From Eledone cirrhosa (Eukaryota), in the NCBI GenBank assembly GCA_964016885.1, contig OZ024740.1, forward strand, positions 299,460,001-299,524,000: 64,000 nucleotides of DNA, given 5' to 3'. The notes under the pieces were generated by a model. The model saw nothing but the letters and a program-made list of their open reading frames with translations, searched no databases and was not told where the DNA came from. Below, one piece after another: positions 1 to 10,880 of the stretch. The stretch's first letter is position 1. Every line of letters begins with the position of its first letter. The position numbers and the translations under genes are program-made.

Positions 1-1288
1 CCGAAAGCCGCGGCAGTCCGTCGAGGTAGACACTAAAGTCCATCCCTCGATCCGGCCCGCCACTGCCCCCGAACAGTTGAGCGAAGTGTCGCTGAAAAGC
101 TTCACACATTTGCCCGGGATCGAGTAGCATGCGCCCGTCGTAGTCCACCAAAGACCGGATCGTGGCTTTGTTGCCACGACGCGCCTCCGCCACTCGGGCC
201 CATTGAACGGCTTTCGTCCCCTCGTGTCTGAGAGCACGCACCCTAGCTCTGACAACGCAGCCTTCGTGCTTTGCATTGAAGAATTGGTCAAGGGCCAATT
301 TCGCCGCAAGTACGTCGGTCGCGATGCCTTTGCTAAGCGCCTCATCTAATTTTCTAACTAATTCTCCCTCTGCTCTATTTTTCTCTATTGCTAAAGTCTT
401 ACTAAACCTAATGGACTCTATTCTAATTGCTCTTTTCAGAGCAAACCACCACTTGTTGTTGACGATGGCCCCCGTCAACGCCCGCTTAACTAGTTCGCTA
501 ATCCGGTCTCTGTAGGCCTTGCGCGCTGGTAAGGACGCGTTTAGCTTCCAGTAGCCGGGTCCTTGTCTATGAAGCCTATCTAAGTCAAGCACACAGATCA
601 CGAATTTGTGGTCCGTGTAGCTGACTATCTTGAATTGTGGACAGCCTATGCTAGACCTATATATTTCCCTACAAAATACTCTATCTAGATATGATCTGGA
701 TGACCCTATGCGATTTGTCCAAGTCCACATTGGTACATTCGGGAAATCCATTCGGTACCTGTCAGACAGTTCAAAACGTCTGAGCAGGTTGGTGAGACTC
801 TTGCACCCTCCTTCCCTATCCACTAATCCCACACAATCCCAGCGTGCATCTAAGATCCCGTTCCAGTCGCCCACTAACACTAAAGAGCGGGACGTTCCAA
901 GAAAGGTCTCCAGACGCCGGAAGAAATCAGGCGGCCCTGCTCCTGTCGGGGCATAGACGGCCACTAACCTGAAAGCTTGCCCGTCTCCGCTGGTCACGTC
1001 CAGCACCACCAACTTACCTTCTGGGTCCAGGAAGATGGCCCGTATGGCAAGATCCAAACCTCTCCGAAAAAGCACAGCAACTCCTCCCCCCGATCCCGGA
1101 CGGCTGGGAGATGCGTACACATCGTAGCCGCCGAAGATCGGTACGAAAGCCTGTGCTTCGGAGATTCTGGTCTCGCTGATGGCCACTACATCTATGTTTA
1201 GTGACCTGAGGTCGTTGAGCAGGTGGCCCTGCTTCCATGACGACCCCAAGCCACGCGCATTTATGCTGCCTATTCTGAGTGAGGTCAT
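1..1288 (-). CDS. ORF2 N-terminus (apurinic-like endonuclease) of Tx1 copy 1, partial
   Basis: ATG at 1288 gives MTSLRIGSINARGL..DVVAISETR..VYAP..VGDWNGILD..SRSYLDR..TDHKFV. The same frame reads LDGLPRLS at the window edge. Confidence 0.85.
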   Translation of the reverse strand, partial: MTSLRIGSINARGLGSSWKQGHLLNDLRSLNIDVVAISETRISEAQAFVPIFGGYDVYASPSRPGSGGGVAVLFRRGLDLAIRAIFLDPEGKLVVLDVTSGDGQAFRLVAVYAPTGAGPPDFFRRLETFLGTSRSLVLVGDWNGILDARWDCVGLVDREGGCKSLTNLLRRFELSDRYRMDFPNVPMWTWTNRIGSSRSYLDRVFCREIYRSSIGCPQFKIVSYTDHKFVICVLDLDRLHRQGPGYWKLNASLPARKAYRDRISELVKRALTGAIVNNKWWFALKRAIRIESIRFSKTLAIEKNRAEGELVRKLDEALSKGIATDVLAAKLALDQFFNAKHEGCVVRARVRALRHEGTKAVQWARVAEARRGNKATIRSLVDYDGRMLLDPGQMCEAFQRHFAQLFGGSGGPDRGMDFSVYLDGLPRLS

Positions 1289-1322
1289 GTTGAAAAGGAG
1301 TGGAAAAGATGGGAAAGACCAC

Positions 1323-3320
1323 TTACCTTACTTCTCGTAGGGGAAGGACGGTTTTTCCATCCTTTTCACTGCTTGTGGCCTCCTCAGGAAGGATGTCCTT
1401 ATAAATCCTCCTGGAGAGTGCTTGTCGGAAGTCTCCGATGTCTTTGGGGAATTTTTGTTTTAGTGTCATGTACGTTTTCTGTGTGATGCGAGTGATTTGT
1501 ATGTGTGGAGGTGGTGTGAATTTTGGGGTTGTTGTGTAGTCTTTTTCTGTGATGCTGGTGTTGTGTTGGATGTAGTGCAATAATTGCTTGTTGTTCAAAT
1601 TTAATGCTGTGTAGTGTGTATCGTTTTGGTTGTTTTGTTTTGTTTGCGTTTGTTGTGGGTTTGTTTCTGTTTCGCATTTTGGTGACTTTTGTGGTGTAGG
1701 TGATGGTGGTGTTGGAGTTAATGATGGTGATGGTGTTGGTGTTTGGGTTGATGGGGTTGGTGATGCTGGTGTGGATGGTGGCATATCTGTCCTAACTTTT
1801 TTGTTTCTTAGTTTATTTGTTTCCCTCTGTATTTTGTTTTTGGAGGGGGAAGGAAGAGAATTTTTTCTTTTTTGGTTTCTTTTTTTTTTCCCGGATATCG
1901 TTTCCCACTCCTCGTCGTCACAATCTGTCTCCAGTTGTGATAGGCCGGGGAGTGGAAAATCCTCCACAGCCGTTAGTTTTGGTTGTGGTGTGGTGGATGG
2001 TGTAGGCGCTGGTGCTAGTTCTGAAGCGTTGGGTGGTGGTGGTGTTGGTTTTGCTGGTGGTGGTAGTGGTGTTGGTTTTGCTACTGTTGCTGGGGTTGTT
2101 GCTGTTATAGTTGCTTCTGTTGTTGCTGCTACAGTTGTTGCTGCCATCTCTGCTACTGGTGGTGTTGATGGTTGTGTCACTGGGGTGGGTAGGAGAGGAG
2201 GTGGCCTCAACCTTTTAGCCTGAGGGCAGAAAGCCCTTAGGTGGGTTCCTTCACCACAAACGACACACCTAGGTCTTCTGCCCTCGACAATTACCGTGAG
2301 GTGGCTGCCGTCAGTGAGGTCTATTACCTCTGGGATCTCCTCAATGCTTTTTTGGTCCGCTTGGATCAGGAGCTCCATCCCAGATCCGGACCAGTTTTCC
2401 TGCTTTTCTTTTGCTATTGTTATTATTTTCGTGTTGGCCTCGATGCCAGCGATGACAGCCGCTATTAGCCAGGGAATTTCGATGGCCGGTGGAACGTGGG
2501 TCACCCTGATCTTTACGAGTCTCTGGCCACAATAGCTTGGGACGAGTGTGAAGTTGTCACTTTTTAATGAGGCCATGGAGTGTTCTCTAGCCTCCTCTGG
2601 TGTTTCAAAGAACACATCCACGTTTCCATACTTTTGCTCACGTCTGATGTGGGTTTTTCTTGCCCACACATGTCCCAAAGCTTTTTGGATTTGGGACTCG
2701 GATGCCCGTTCCACTCGGCGCGATTTTACATTTATTGTTCTATACGACACGGTGCATAGGCGCCGATGCTCCATTTTATTAGGTGGGGGGGGGGGGGGGG
2801 TGAGGCTGACCCTGTACCCATCTTTCTTTACCATTTGTTTGGCATTTTTTAAATCTTCTTGAGTTACCGTGAACGCTTCGAATTGTTTTGCTACGATGGC
2901 GAAACTGAGGGTCGGTTTTATAATGTCATTGTTGTTGTTGTTGCTATCGTTAATATTAATTTTATTTTCAGTTGTGGTGGTGGTGACGTCAGTCGCCTTT
3001 GGTGGGGAAGAGTCCATTTTGCTTGATTTCATTTCGACGTCACGAGTTACTTTATTTTTTTCTTCTTTTGTTTCTGTTGTCGCGGTGGTGGTGGTGGTGG
3101 TGGTTGTCGCGGTGGTGGTGGTGGTGGAGGGTTTAACACCTGCAGTCATTGGTAATGGCGGGAAATGAATGTCTGCCTGAGACAAATTTAAAATATTGCT
3201 ACTGCTTATATTTTTTTTTGTGTTGGCAAACGTAGTAACATTTACAATGGTGGTGTCGGTGTGAGGTGTTATTTTGTGAGGAAGGCTTTCAGCTGCTTCG
3301 TGCAGAGGGGAATTAGCCAT
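1323..3320 (-). CDS. ORF1 nucleic-acid-binding protein of Tx1 copy 1
   Basis: Open ORF from the ATG at 3320 (MANSPL), with zinc knuckle CVVCGEGTHLRAFC and T/P-rich low-complexity flanks, directly upstream of ORF2. Confidence 0.85.
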   Translation of the reverse strand: MANSPLHEAAESLPHKITPHTDTTIVNVTTFANTKKNISSSNILNLSQADIHFPPLPMTAGVKPSTTTTTATTTTTTTTATTETKEEKNKVTRDVEMKSSKMDSSPPKATDVTTTTTENKININDSNNNNNDIIKPTLSFAIVAKQFEAFTVTQEDLKNAKQMVKKDGYRVSLTPPPPPPNKMEHRRLCTVSYRTINVKSRRVERASESQIQKALGHVWARKTHIRREQKYGNVDVFFETPEEAREHSMASLKSDNFTLVPSYCGQRLVKIRVTHVPPAIEIPWLIAAVIAGIEANTKIITIAKEKQENWSGSGMELLIQADQKSIEEIPEVIDLTDGSHLTVIVEGRRPRCVVCGEGTHLRAFCPQAKRLRPPPLLPTPVTQPSTPPVAEMAATTVAATTEATITATTPATVAKPTPLPPPAKPTPPPPNASELAPAPTPSTTPQPKLTAVEDFPLPGLSQLETDCDDEEWETISGKKKRNQKRKNSLPSPSKNKIQRETNKLRNKKVRTDMPPSTPASPTPSTQTPTPSPSLTPTPPSPTPQKSPKCETETNPQQTQTKQNNQNDTHYTALNLNNKQLLHYIQHNTSITEKDYTTTPKFTPPPHIQITRITQKTYMTLKQKFPKDIGDFRQALSRRIYKDILPEEATSSEKDGKTVLPLREVR

Positions 3321-3528
3321 TTTTTTCAAAGAAATTTTTGGATAATAATAAAAGTTAAAATTTTGGGCACAAGGCCCCAATCTTTTTGGGTGTCCTTTTC
3401 GGAAAACAATGTATGTGTGCTTATAAACAGTTTACAATAAAATTTTCCATAAATGGCAATTTTTAAACAAACGGAAATAACAAACCTTTGCGGAGCTCAC
3501 GATAATACGATTTCCTACGTAGGTCGCC

Positions 3529-3558
<30 letters not shown>
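3529..3558. repeat. (AAT)n microsatellite between Tx1 copies 1 and 2
   Basis: Read directly from the sequence. Confidence 0.95.
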
Positions 3559-3560
<2 letters not shown>

Positions 3561-3848
3561 TTTCTTTATTGGCCACAAGGGCTGACATCAAGAAAAACAT
3601 CACAGACGGAACAGGACGGTACGATGTGGGTTTTGTGCATGTAAATATTTTTATTGTTTATATAAGAAAAGAAAAAAAAAGACATAAAACATATATATAT
3701 AAACAATAAAACGAAAATTGAAACAATGAAAAATTCCTCAATAGGGGGGAAACCTCCGAGGGTTACTCGTGGCGAAAACCACACAAAAGACCACCCACCC
3801 TGACTACCAGGGCAAAAGCGCCCTGTCTCAATTTTTTCATCTCTCAAA

Positions 3849-6800
3849 CTACATACGTATATTCAGAGTGGTCCCGTTCACTCGGACCATTCTCGCTACA
3901 TTCACCCACCTTTCAACAAACTTGCTAGAAAGCAGCACTTGCCTCTCCACCCTGATTTTCCCCTTCAAGTGAAACTTGAAAAAGTTAATTAGGGATTCGC
4001 CGAAGAGGAAAGTGTTTGTCTTTAATCCTTTTAACCTTGTCCACCACACAATCTCTTTCGCCATGGACACCAGGCAGATGAAAACCGCCTGCCCTTCCTC
4101 ATCGAAGGAAGACGGCGAGACCATCTGCACAATGGACTCAGTCGACAACCGGATCAGTCCCACACGCGACAGCAACTGTTCGACATAGCTCCACAAGTCA
4201 GCAATGCTCGGGCACTGAACGAGTGCGTGCACAACGGTTTCGTCGCTATGCGCGCATCTCGGACAGGCTCGGCTGACGGCACTTCCGTGCCTGTAGAGCT
4301 TATCTCGAACCGGCAGCGCTCCCCGGTAGCACTGCCAGGCCAGGGATTTTTGGAAGTTATCCATAGGCCCCGGGCTGAAAGTTCTCCGGAAGAGAGCAAA
4401 CAGCTGATCTTCTTCGACGGCCAGGATCTCACCGAGAATGTCGTCGCTCTTCCCCTCCACTAGTCCTCTATAGAACGCCGAAGTGGATGTTCCACCGATA
4501 CTGGTGCCCAACTGGGAGAGGGCAGTGAGCGCCTGGAGACATTCCAGTTTCCAAGCGCTATCCCTCGGTCTTTTTCTGACCCAGGACTGCAGCTCCGTCA
4601 AGGAGACGAGCTGTGGGAAAATGTGCCTGGCGAACGGCGACCACACTCGTTCACCATCAAGGAAGCACCAGAGATGTCGCAGTCTCAGCGCATGTTTGCG
4701 CATCATCAGCCATGGCATGCCCAGTCCTCCACGCAACGGGTGTTGACAGCAGATGGATCGTCTGACCATGGGAGCGCGTCCCTTCCACAAAAAGCGGAAG
4801 AGGAGGCGCTCCATTTTGGTGAGAGTTGGGCTGGAGCAAGGGACAACGGTGAGGCGGTAGCAGATGACGAATGCGATGTACGCATTCGCCACTTCCGCCC
4901 GGCCTTTCAGGGACAGCTTCCTCTCAGCCCATTTCTGGGTGAGGGAGGACACCCTGCTCGTCACCTCGTTCCAGTTTTTCTCCATCTGGACGTCCGGTCC
5001 GAACCAGACCCCGAGCAATTTAACCGGTCCGTCCGTCCAACGCCCCTCGACGCTGTCGGACGGCATGGACTTGCCTCTCCAGGTGCCTAGCTGCATGCAA
5101 GCCAACCCACTTTTCCTGGTTTATCTTTGCTCCTGTCACCGCTTCGTATTCCTTGAGAGCGGTGCCGAGCATCTGGACGTATCTGTGCTCGACACCACCA
5201 CGGTGACGTCGTCAGCGTAAGCCGACTCGGATTTCCCGCATCCTAGTTCGCGTGCGACGCCCCTCATCGCCCCCAGTTTGTGCAGTAACGGCTCGAGAGC
5301 CAATACGTACAAGAGGGACGAGAGGTGACAACCCTGGCGGACTGAGCGCATGATGCTGAACGGCTGCGACAGGTGACCGTTCACCCTCACAATTGAGCAG
5401 ATGTTGCTGTACATTGCTGCGATCCAACGCCTGAAAACGGGCCCGAAACCGGCTGCCTCGAGGACCGCCGCCAGGTACCGATGGTCGACCCTATCGAATG
5501 CTTTGGATTGATCCAAGTTGATCAGGGCCCCACCCTTGCCAGGTTCCTTAACCACCCTCTCTATGATGTATCGCATGAGGTGGAGGTTGTCGTGTATGGA
5601 TCTGTCCGGAATGGCGCATGTCTGCGCCTCTCCCACCAGACCCTTGACGACAAGCGCCAACCTCGTAGCTAACACCTTGGCCAAAATCTTGAATTCTGCG
5701 TTTAGCAGCGTTATGAGCCTGAAATTATTAATAACATCCCCCTTGTTCGGATCTTTTCTCAGCAGCTCCACTGCTCCCCGGCTCACAAAACTGGGAATGC
5801 TCCCGTTCTGCTGCCAGTTGCAGTAGACGTCTGCCAAGAGGTCACCGAACAAGTCTGGCATAAATGCATAAAGCTTGTAGGGCAGACCATCTAAACTTGG
5901 CGATTTACTTCTTGTGCAGTTAGCCATCGCTCCCCGTATTTCACCGGCTGTTATTGGCTTTTCGCAACACTGTGCTGCGGTCGTCGAGAGCCGAGGCAGT
6001 CCGTCGAGCTATGCACTGAAGTCCATGCCCCGATCCGAGCCGCCGCCGCTCCCGAACAGTTCAGCAAAGTGCTGCTGAAAAGCTTCACACATCCGCTCGG
6101 GTTCGAGCATCACGCACCCGTTTTGGTCAGGCAAAGACCGAATTGTGGCTTTGTTGCCACGTCGCGCCTCTGCCACCCGGGCCCATTGGACGGCTTTTGT
6201 CCCCTCGTCTTTCAAAGCACGCGCTCTAGCTCTGACAACGCAGCCTTCGTGTTTTGCGTTGAAGAATTGGTCGAGTGCCAATCTCGCCGCAAGCACGTCG
6301 GTTGCGATGCCTGTCCTAAACGCCTCTTCTAGCTTTCTGACTAGCTCTTCCTCTACTCTATTTTCCTCTATCACTACTCCTTTGCTAAACCTAATCGACT
6401 ATACTTTAATTGCCCTTTTCAGGGCGAACCACCACCTGTTGTTGACGACTGCTCCCGTCAACGCCCGCTTAACTAATACGCTAATCCGGTCTCTGTAGGC
6501 CTTGCGCGTCGGGAAAGACGCGTTCAGCTTCCAGTAACCAGGCCCTTGTCTATGAAGTCTGTCTATGTCGATCTCACAGATCACAAATTTGTGGTCTGTG
6601 TAGTCGACTATTTTAAATTGTGGACAACTTATACTAGCCTTATCTAGTTCCCTGCAGAATACCCTATCTAGATACGATCTGGATGACCCGATGCGGTTTG
6701 TCCATGTCCACATTGGCACATTCGGGTGATCCAGTCTATACCTGTCATACAGTTCAAAACGTCTGAGCAGGTTGGTGAGGCTCTTGCACCCTCCTCCCCT

Positions 6801-7271
6801 ATCCACTAGCCCCACACGATCCCAGCATGCATCCAAGATACCGTTCCAGTCGCCCACTAACACTAAAGAGCGGGACGTTCCAAGAAAGGTCTCTAGACGT
6901 CTGAAGAAATCTGGCCGTCCTGTCCCTGTTGGGGCGTAGACGGCTACTAGCCTGAAAGCATTGCCTTCGCTGCCGGTCACGTCCAGCACCACCGACTTAC
7001 CTTCTGGGTCCAGGAATATGGCCCGTATCGCGAGATCCAAGCCTCTCCGAAAAAGGACGGCAACCCCTCCCCCCGATCCTGGACGGCTGGGAGATGCGTA
7101 TACATCGTAGCCGCCGAAGATCGGTGCGAAGGTCCGTGCCTCGGAGATTCTGGTTTCACTGATGGCCACCACGTCTATGTTTAGTGACCTGAGGTCATTG
7201 AGCAGGTGACCCTGCTTCCAAGATGACCCCAGGCCACGTGCATTTATACTGCCTATTCTGAGTACAGCCAT
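3849..7271 (-). pseudogene. ORF2 (APE-RT-zinc finger) of Tx1 copy 2, disrupted
   Basis: ATG at 7271. In-frame TAG stops at ~6399 and ~6009 and a frameshift near 5180-5110. RT motifs NFRLITLLN, LDQSKAFD, VRQGC, AYADD. Confidence 0.9.
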
Positions 7272-7307
7272 GTTGGATGAGAAACGGGGAAAATGAGAAA
7301 GGGTCAC

Positions 7308-9351
7308 TTACCTTGTTCGTGTGGTGAAGGGACAGTAGAACCGTCCCTTTCGCTGGTCATGGGTGTTTCCAAGAGGATGTCAGTGTATATTCTCTTGGTA
7401 ACCGCCCCTCTGAAGTCTCCAACTGCGTTGGGGAATTTTTGTTTTAAAGGTTTGTATTGTTCTATTGAGATTTCGATGATGCTTATGTTTGTCGGGAGAG
7501 TTCTTGGTGTTGGTGGGGTGTAGTAGTTTTTTTTCCGTGATGTCTGTGTGCTGCTTTATATATTTTATGAGTTCTTTTTTTGCTATGTTTATGGTTGTGT
7601 ACTTTTTGGGGGGAGGGGTGATTTTGTTGCCGTTTTCTTCTTGTTGCTGTTTGGTGTGTGTGTCTTGTTGTGTTTGCGTTGTTGGTGTTTGTGTTCGTGT
7701 TGCTGCAAGTTTCCTTGCTGCCTTTACTCCTCTTTGTATGCCTTCGCTTTTGGAGTGTGAATCTAAGGGTTTATTTTGTTTTTTGTTTTTTGTGGCAGAC
7801 TGTTTGCCACGTCACTCCCGCCTCAAACTCCATGTCGGATTCTGTGGCGTCTGGGAGGGGTATGTGCTCCACGGCTGTTGGTGGTGGTAGTGGAGCCCTC
7901 TTTGGCAATTTTGTTGCTGGTGTAGCTATTTCAAATGTAGCTATTGGTGTTGCCGCTACTGATGATGCTGCTTTAGTTATCCGTGGCCTTGGTACGGGTG
8001 CTACGGACGTTGCCCTCCTACTCACCGTGGAAGGAGAATCTTCGTTTGTTGCCTGTCCTGCTCTTGGTGGCAGCGGACCAGGTATTGGAAGGAGAGGGGC
8101 CCTCTTCGGTGTCTTCTGCGGGCAAAAGGCCCTGAGGTGACCTTTCGACCCACAGAGATAACATTTTGGCCGTCTTCCTTCTACACTTATAGGGAGTTGG
8201 AGTCCTTCCTCGAAGTCTATGATATCGGGGATAGCCTCGATACATTCCTGGTCAGTTTGTATAAGCATTTGCATGCTTATACCTGACCAGTTTTCTCTCC
8301 CTATTTTTTCTACTTGCAGCATGGTCGCCCTGTTCTCAAGTCCAGTAAGGACAGACGCGGCCAGCCAAGGTTTGGGCACGTCGGGTGGAATCTGGGTCAC
8401 TTTGACCCTCACAATTTTCTGCCCGCAGTAGGAGGGCACCAAGACTAACTCCTCACTCTTTAGGGTTTCCAAAGAGTGAGACTTTGCTTCCTGGGGAGTG
8501 GCGAAAAGTACGTCTACTGTGGCGTACTTTCTGCCTCGGGTGATGTGGGTTTTGCGTGCCCAAACGCACCCCAAGGCGTTTTGGATTTGAGCCTCCGTGG
8601 CTCTCTCCACTCGATGTGAGATTTTGCTTACGGTGCGGTAAGTCACCGTCCGTAGCTGCTGGTCCTTGAAAAAATCGGGTGGAGGTTTCAGGGAAACTCC
8701 ATTTGCGCTTCTTGTCACCATGGCCCTTGCGACTGCCATCTCCTCCTCTGTGACTAACACTGTCTCGATATTTCGGGCGACACCTGCAAAAGAAGTGGTC
8801 CCTTTTTCAGCAGCACCACTATTGCTGCCGCTACTGGTCTTACTGGTGGTGCTGAGGTCGCTATTACAGGTATCGGTGTCATTGTTGTTGTTTTCGCTGG
8901 TGCAGTTTTTGGTGTTGTTTTCTTTGATACTGTTGCTGCTGTTAATGTTATTGTGGCTGTTGTTATTATTGTTGTTTTTGTTGATACTGTTCCTACTATT
9001 ATTGTTGTTGTGGCTGTTGTTATTGTCATTGTTATTGTCGTTCTCGACCTTACCGCTGTTACTTTTGTTATTGTCGTTCTCGACCTTACCGCTGTTACTT
9101 TTGTTATTGTCGTTCTCGACTTTACCGCTGTTATTTTTGGTGTTGTTGTTGGTGATGTTGTTGGTGTTATTGTTGGTGTTGTTTGTGCTAGAAATATTTG
9201 GTAATTTTAAATCTGTAAAAATCTTTTTTTCCTTTGTAATATTTTCGTTTATATTTACCTCAGCTGGAACGCTGTCTTGTTGACATGCTGATAAAGTCTC
9301 CCTCTCTCTGTGTTGTCTGACAGCGCTCTCTCTCTTTCTTGTGTTATCCAT
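7308..9351 (-). pseudogene. ORF1 of Tx1 copy 2, frameshifted near 7790
   Basis: ATG at 9351 and knuckle CYLCGSKGHLRAFC. The C-terminus homologous to copy 1 continues in another frame to TAA at 7310-7308. Contains a 36-bp tandem repeat x3 (NSGKVENDNNKS) at ~9030-9135. Confidence 0.8.
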
Positions 9352-9566
9352 GTTGAAATTTTTCAAAAAAATATTTTTACACAAATACGAATACGACACC
9401 CCGTAAAGGGGTGCCGTATTATTTACTAGTGAACCCCTGTATTAGGTGGGTCACTTCTTCTAAACTTTTATCAAATTTAAAACTTGAATAAAAGGTTTAG
9501 AACGGGTGAAAAAGAGGTAAAACGTTGAAAAAGACTGGAGGCGATAAGAGGCGTGGCTTCACAAAC

Positions 9567-9611
<45 letters not shown>
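9567..9611. repeat. (AAT)n microsatellite at the 5' end of Tx1 copy 2
   Basis: Read directly from the sequence. Confidence 0.95.
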
Positions 9612-9612
<1 letters not shown>

Positions 9613-10228
9613 TAGAGAAGAATGCGTACATGGTGGATAGTGTGTTATGGAATCGCTGCCGTAAGTTTTTGATTTTTTACATATTTAAAACAATTGTGAT
9701 AGAACAATTCTTATTACAAATTGTACATAAGATACGAGTCTTTAATCTCAGGAAGTGACAACGCATAACATTATGGCATAGGGCTCCAATATTTAATATT
9801 TAATTTTGTATCAGAAATGTTATAGTCTAAAAAGAAAATGTTTACAAATGGTCACAAATGTAAGAAAACAACAGCCAAATAATTTCACCACCAACACCAC
9901 CAACGCCGCCACCACCACCACTTCCACAAAAATTTAACTAGATACAAACCAACAGCTACAACAACACCAACACTACGGTACTACTATCCCATCACCACCG
10001 CCACCACTGTATCATCGCTACCACCACTATTCCCTCACTACCTCCTGTTAAGAGAGGGATGGTACTAGTGCCACTACACATGACTAGAAGAGAGGAAGTC
10101 ACCAAAAGATTTAGTGACCTGATCAAACAGCTAACAACAACACCATAATAATTATTGTTGTTGTATTATCTCTAAACTCTCTCAAATTGTTTAGTTTAAA
10201 CGATGTCAAATCTAAACTATAATATAAT

Positions 10229-10407
10229 AATTGTTTCTACTTTTAGGCACAAGGCCAGCAATTACCCAGTGCATTACTGGTACTTTATTTTGATGAAAGG
10301 CAAAGTTAACCTCGGCGGAATTTGAATTCAGAATGGCAAGGGCCGTAACACTATGCGTCAAAGCATGGCGTCCGACCTTCTACCGATACTGACAATCCAC
10401 CGCCCTT
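10229..10407 (-). mobile_element. SINE (abundant family of this genome)
   Basis: Reverse complement of GAGTTCAAATCC-GCCGAGGTTAACTTTGCCTTTCATC..CCTTGTGCCAAAAGTAGAAACAATT, which recurs many times in the window. Confidence 0.8.
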
Positions 10408-10416
10408 AAAAATAAT

Positions 10417-10596
10417 AATTGTTTCTACTTTTGGCACAAGACCAGCAATCACACAGTGCATTACTGGTACTTTATTTTATCGACCCCGTAAGGATGAAAG
10501 GCAAAGTTAACCTCGGCCGGATTTGAACTCAGAATGACTCTATGCGTCAAAGCATGGCGTCCGACCCTCTACCGATACTGCCAATCCAACGCCCTT
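10417..10596 (-). mobile_element. SINE, same family, tandem copy
   Basis: Same body, including TCGACCCCGTAAGGATGAAAGGCAAAGTTAACCTCGG. Confidence 0.8.
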
Positions 10597-10880
10597 AATA
10601 ATAATAATGATAAGCAACAAGTCGAAAAATTACAGAACAGAACACAGACAAAATCAAAGGCAACAACAAAAGAAAAACAAATTTCAAAAGTTTTGAACGC
10701 AACAACCCCTACTTCCCTCGTAGCTAAAATCAAAAACAGCAGCAGCAACAACAACAGCACTAGTAACCGATGTTACTGGCCTTGAAAAACAAAAAGGACA
10801 GACATTCAAACATTACAATGAAAGTTATGTTTATTTTTTTCTGTTTTTATCTATTTGTTTGTTTATTTATTTATGTTCAT

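Larger units (their letters stand above)
1..3528 (-). mobile_element. Tx1-type (L1 clade) non-LTR retrotransposon, copy 1: 5'UTR + ORF1 + start of ORF2; runs off the window
   Basis: ORF1 with a CCHC knuckle is followed by an APE-endonuclease ORF2. The 5' end abuts (AAT)n at 3529-3558. Homologous to copy 2. Confidence 0.9.
3559..9566 (-). mobile_element. Full-length but inactivated Tx1-type non-LTR retrotransposon, copy 2
   Basis: ORF1 + ORF2 (APE, RT with SAYADD, C-terminal CPRC..ETVVHALVQC). AATAAA at 3570-3565 (minus) is followed by (ATT)n. The 5' end abuts (AAT)n at 9567-9611. Confidence 0.92.

Noticed and set aside
1630-9283. Plus-strand ORFs overlapping the Tx1 ORF1s
   Set aside because: Antisense shadows of low-complexity coding sequence.
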